Shown: one piece after another, positions 63,074 through 63,794 of the stretch | How the letters are laid out: each line of letters begins with the position of its first letter | Position numbering within the stretch: position 1 is the stretch's first letter | From: Gekko japonicus | Taxonomy: Eukaryota | DNA: 63,794 nucleotides | Direction: 5' to 3' | Assembly: GCF_001447785.1 (NCBI RefSeq) | Contig: NW_015172595.1 | Location: 251,036-314,829, forward strand | Position numbers and translations under genes: made by a program | Notes under the pieces: generated by a model | Databases searched by the model: none | The model's input: only the letters and a program-made list of their open reading frames with translations | Told to the model about the DNA's origin: nothing

Positions 63074-63794
63074 TGTTGTGTATGCTGGCCGCCACCGGGG
63101 GCCAGCGTTCTACCTGAGCTTGAGTGCTAAGGGACAATAGGGACTAGGCTCCTAGTCCCTCCACTGGGGAACCAATGGGAACCATGGCGGGAGATTCAAA
63201 CCCACCAATGGTGACCAGGGGTGTGTCCCCAGGTGTGTATATAGTTGGCCTGCCGGCCGTTTGTTCCTTGTTCTTGTTGTGTACCAAATAAAGCGTGCCA
63301 TGCACCACGTCGTCGTCGGTCGTTTATCCATGCACTCCACTGGGGAACCAATGGGAACCATGGCGGGAGATTCAAACCCACCAATGGTGACCAGGGGTGT
63401 GTCCCCAGGTGTGTATATAGTTGGCCTGCCGGCCGTTTGTCTATTGTTCTGTTTGTACCAATAAAGCGTGCTATGCACCACGTCGTAGTCTGTCGTTCAT
63501 CCATGCNNNNNNNNNNNNNNNNNNNNNNNNNNNNNNNNNNNNNNNNNNNNNNNNNNNNNNNNNNNNNNNNNNNNNNNNNNNNNNNNNNNNNNNNNNNNNN
63601 NNNNNNNNNNNNNNNNNNNNNNNNNNNNNNNNNNNNNNNNNNNNNNNNNNNNNNNNNNNNNNNNNATCTTCAAGGCGGTGCAGGACTACTTCGCACCCAA
63701 ACCCACCGAGCTAACCTGCAGGGTCACTTTCTACACCCGCAACCAACTGGGCAAAGAAATTGCCGTGGAGTTCCTCGCAGAGTTGCGCCAGCCC
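63074..63794 (+). mobile_element. Gypsy/Ty3 LTR retrotransposon: 5' LTR and start of gag (runs off the window)
   Basis: TGTTGTG start, TATATA and AATAAA signals, then a gag-like reading frame after the gap. Confidence 0.8.
63666..63794 (+). CDS. Gypsy gag fragment (partial, open at both ends)
   Basis: IFKAVQDYFAPKPTELTCRVTFYTRNQLGKEIAVEFLAELRQP fits the Gypsy gag pattern F.P......R..F..R.Q...E....F...LR. Confidence 0.8.
   Translation, partial: MFKAVQDYFAPKPTELTCRVTFYTRNQLGKEIAVEFLAELRQP

Overview
Eukaryotic vertebrate DNA from a draft assembly with six N-gaps. It is most likely a squamate, probably a gecko, judging from Squam2-, Squam3-, Sauria- and 5S-type SINE motifs I recognise from memory. 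I could not support any host protein-coding gene, intact tRNA/rRNA gene or CRISPR array, so the window looks intronic or intergenic. It is dominated by transposable elements: decayed L1, CR1 and L2 LINEs, SINEs, many hAT and Harbinger-type MITEs with clear target-site duplications (TSDs), a 3.46-kb non-autonomous hAT, DIRS/Ngaro-like remnants, Penelope-derived elements with a degenerate hammerhead motif, a probable solo LTR, and the 5' part of a Gypsy element at the right edge. The most striking observation is three ~600-670 bp CpG-rich SINE-like elements (6657-7238, 13834-14504, 48572-49240). They share a Sauria-SINE-type head, a covarying hairpin, a long-range GGCACYC/GGGTGCC helix, an AA(G/C)ATGGCG (YY1-like) motif and an L2-type 3' hairpin. 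The ~320-350 nt enclosed by the helix cannot be aligned between copies by eye. All family names come from motif recognition, not database searches.
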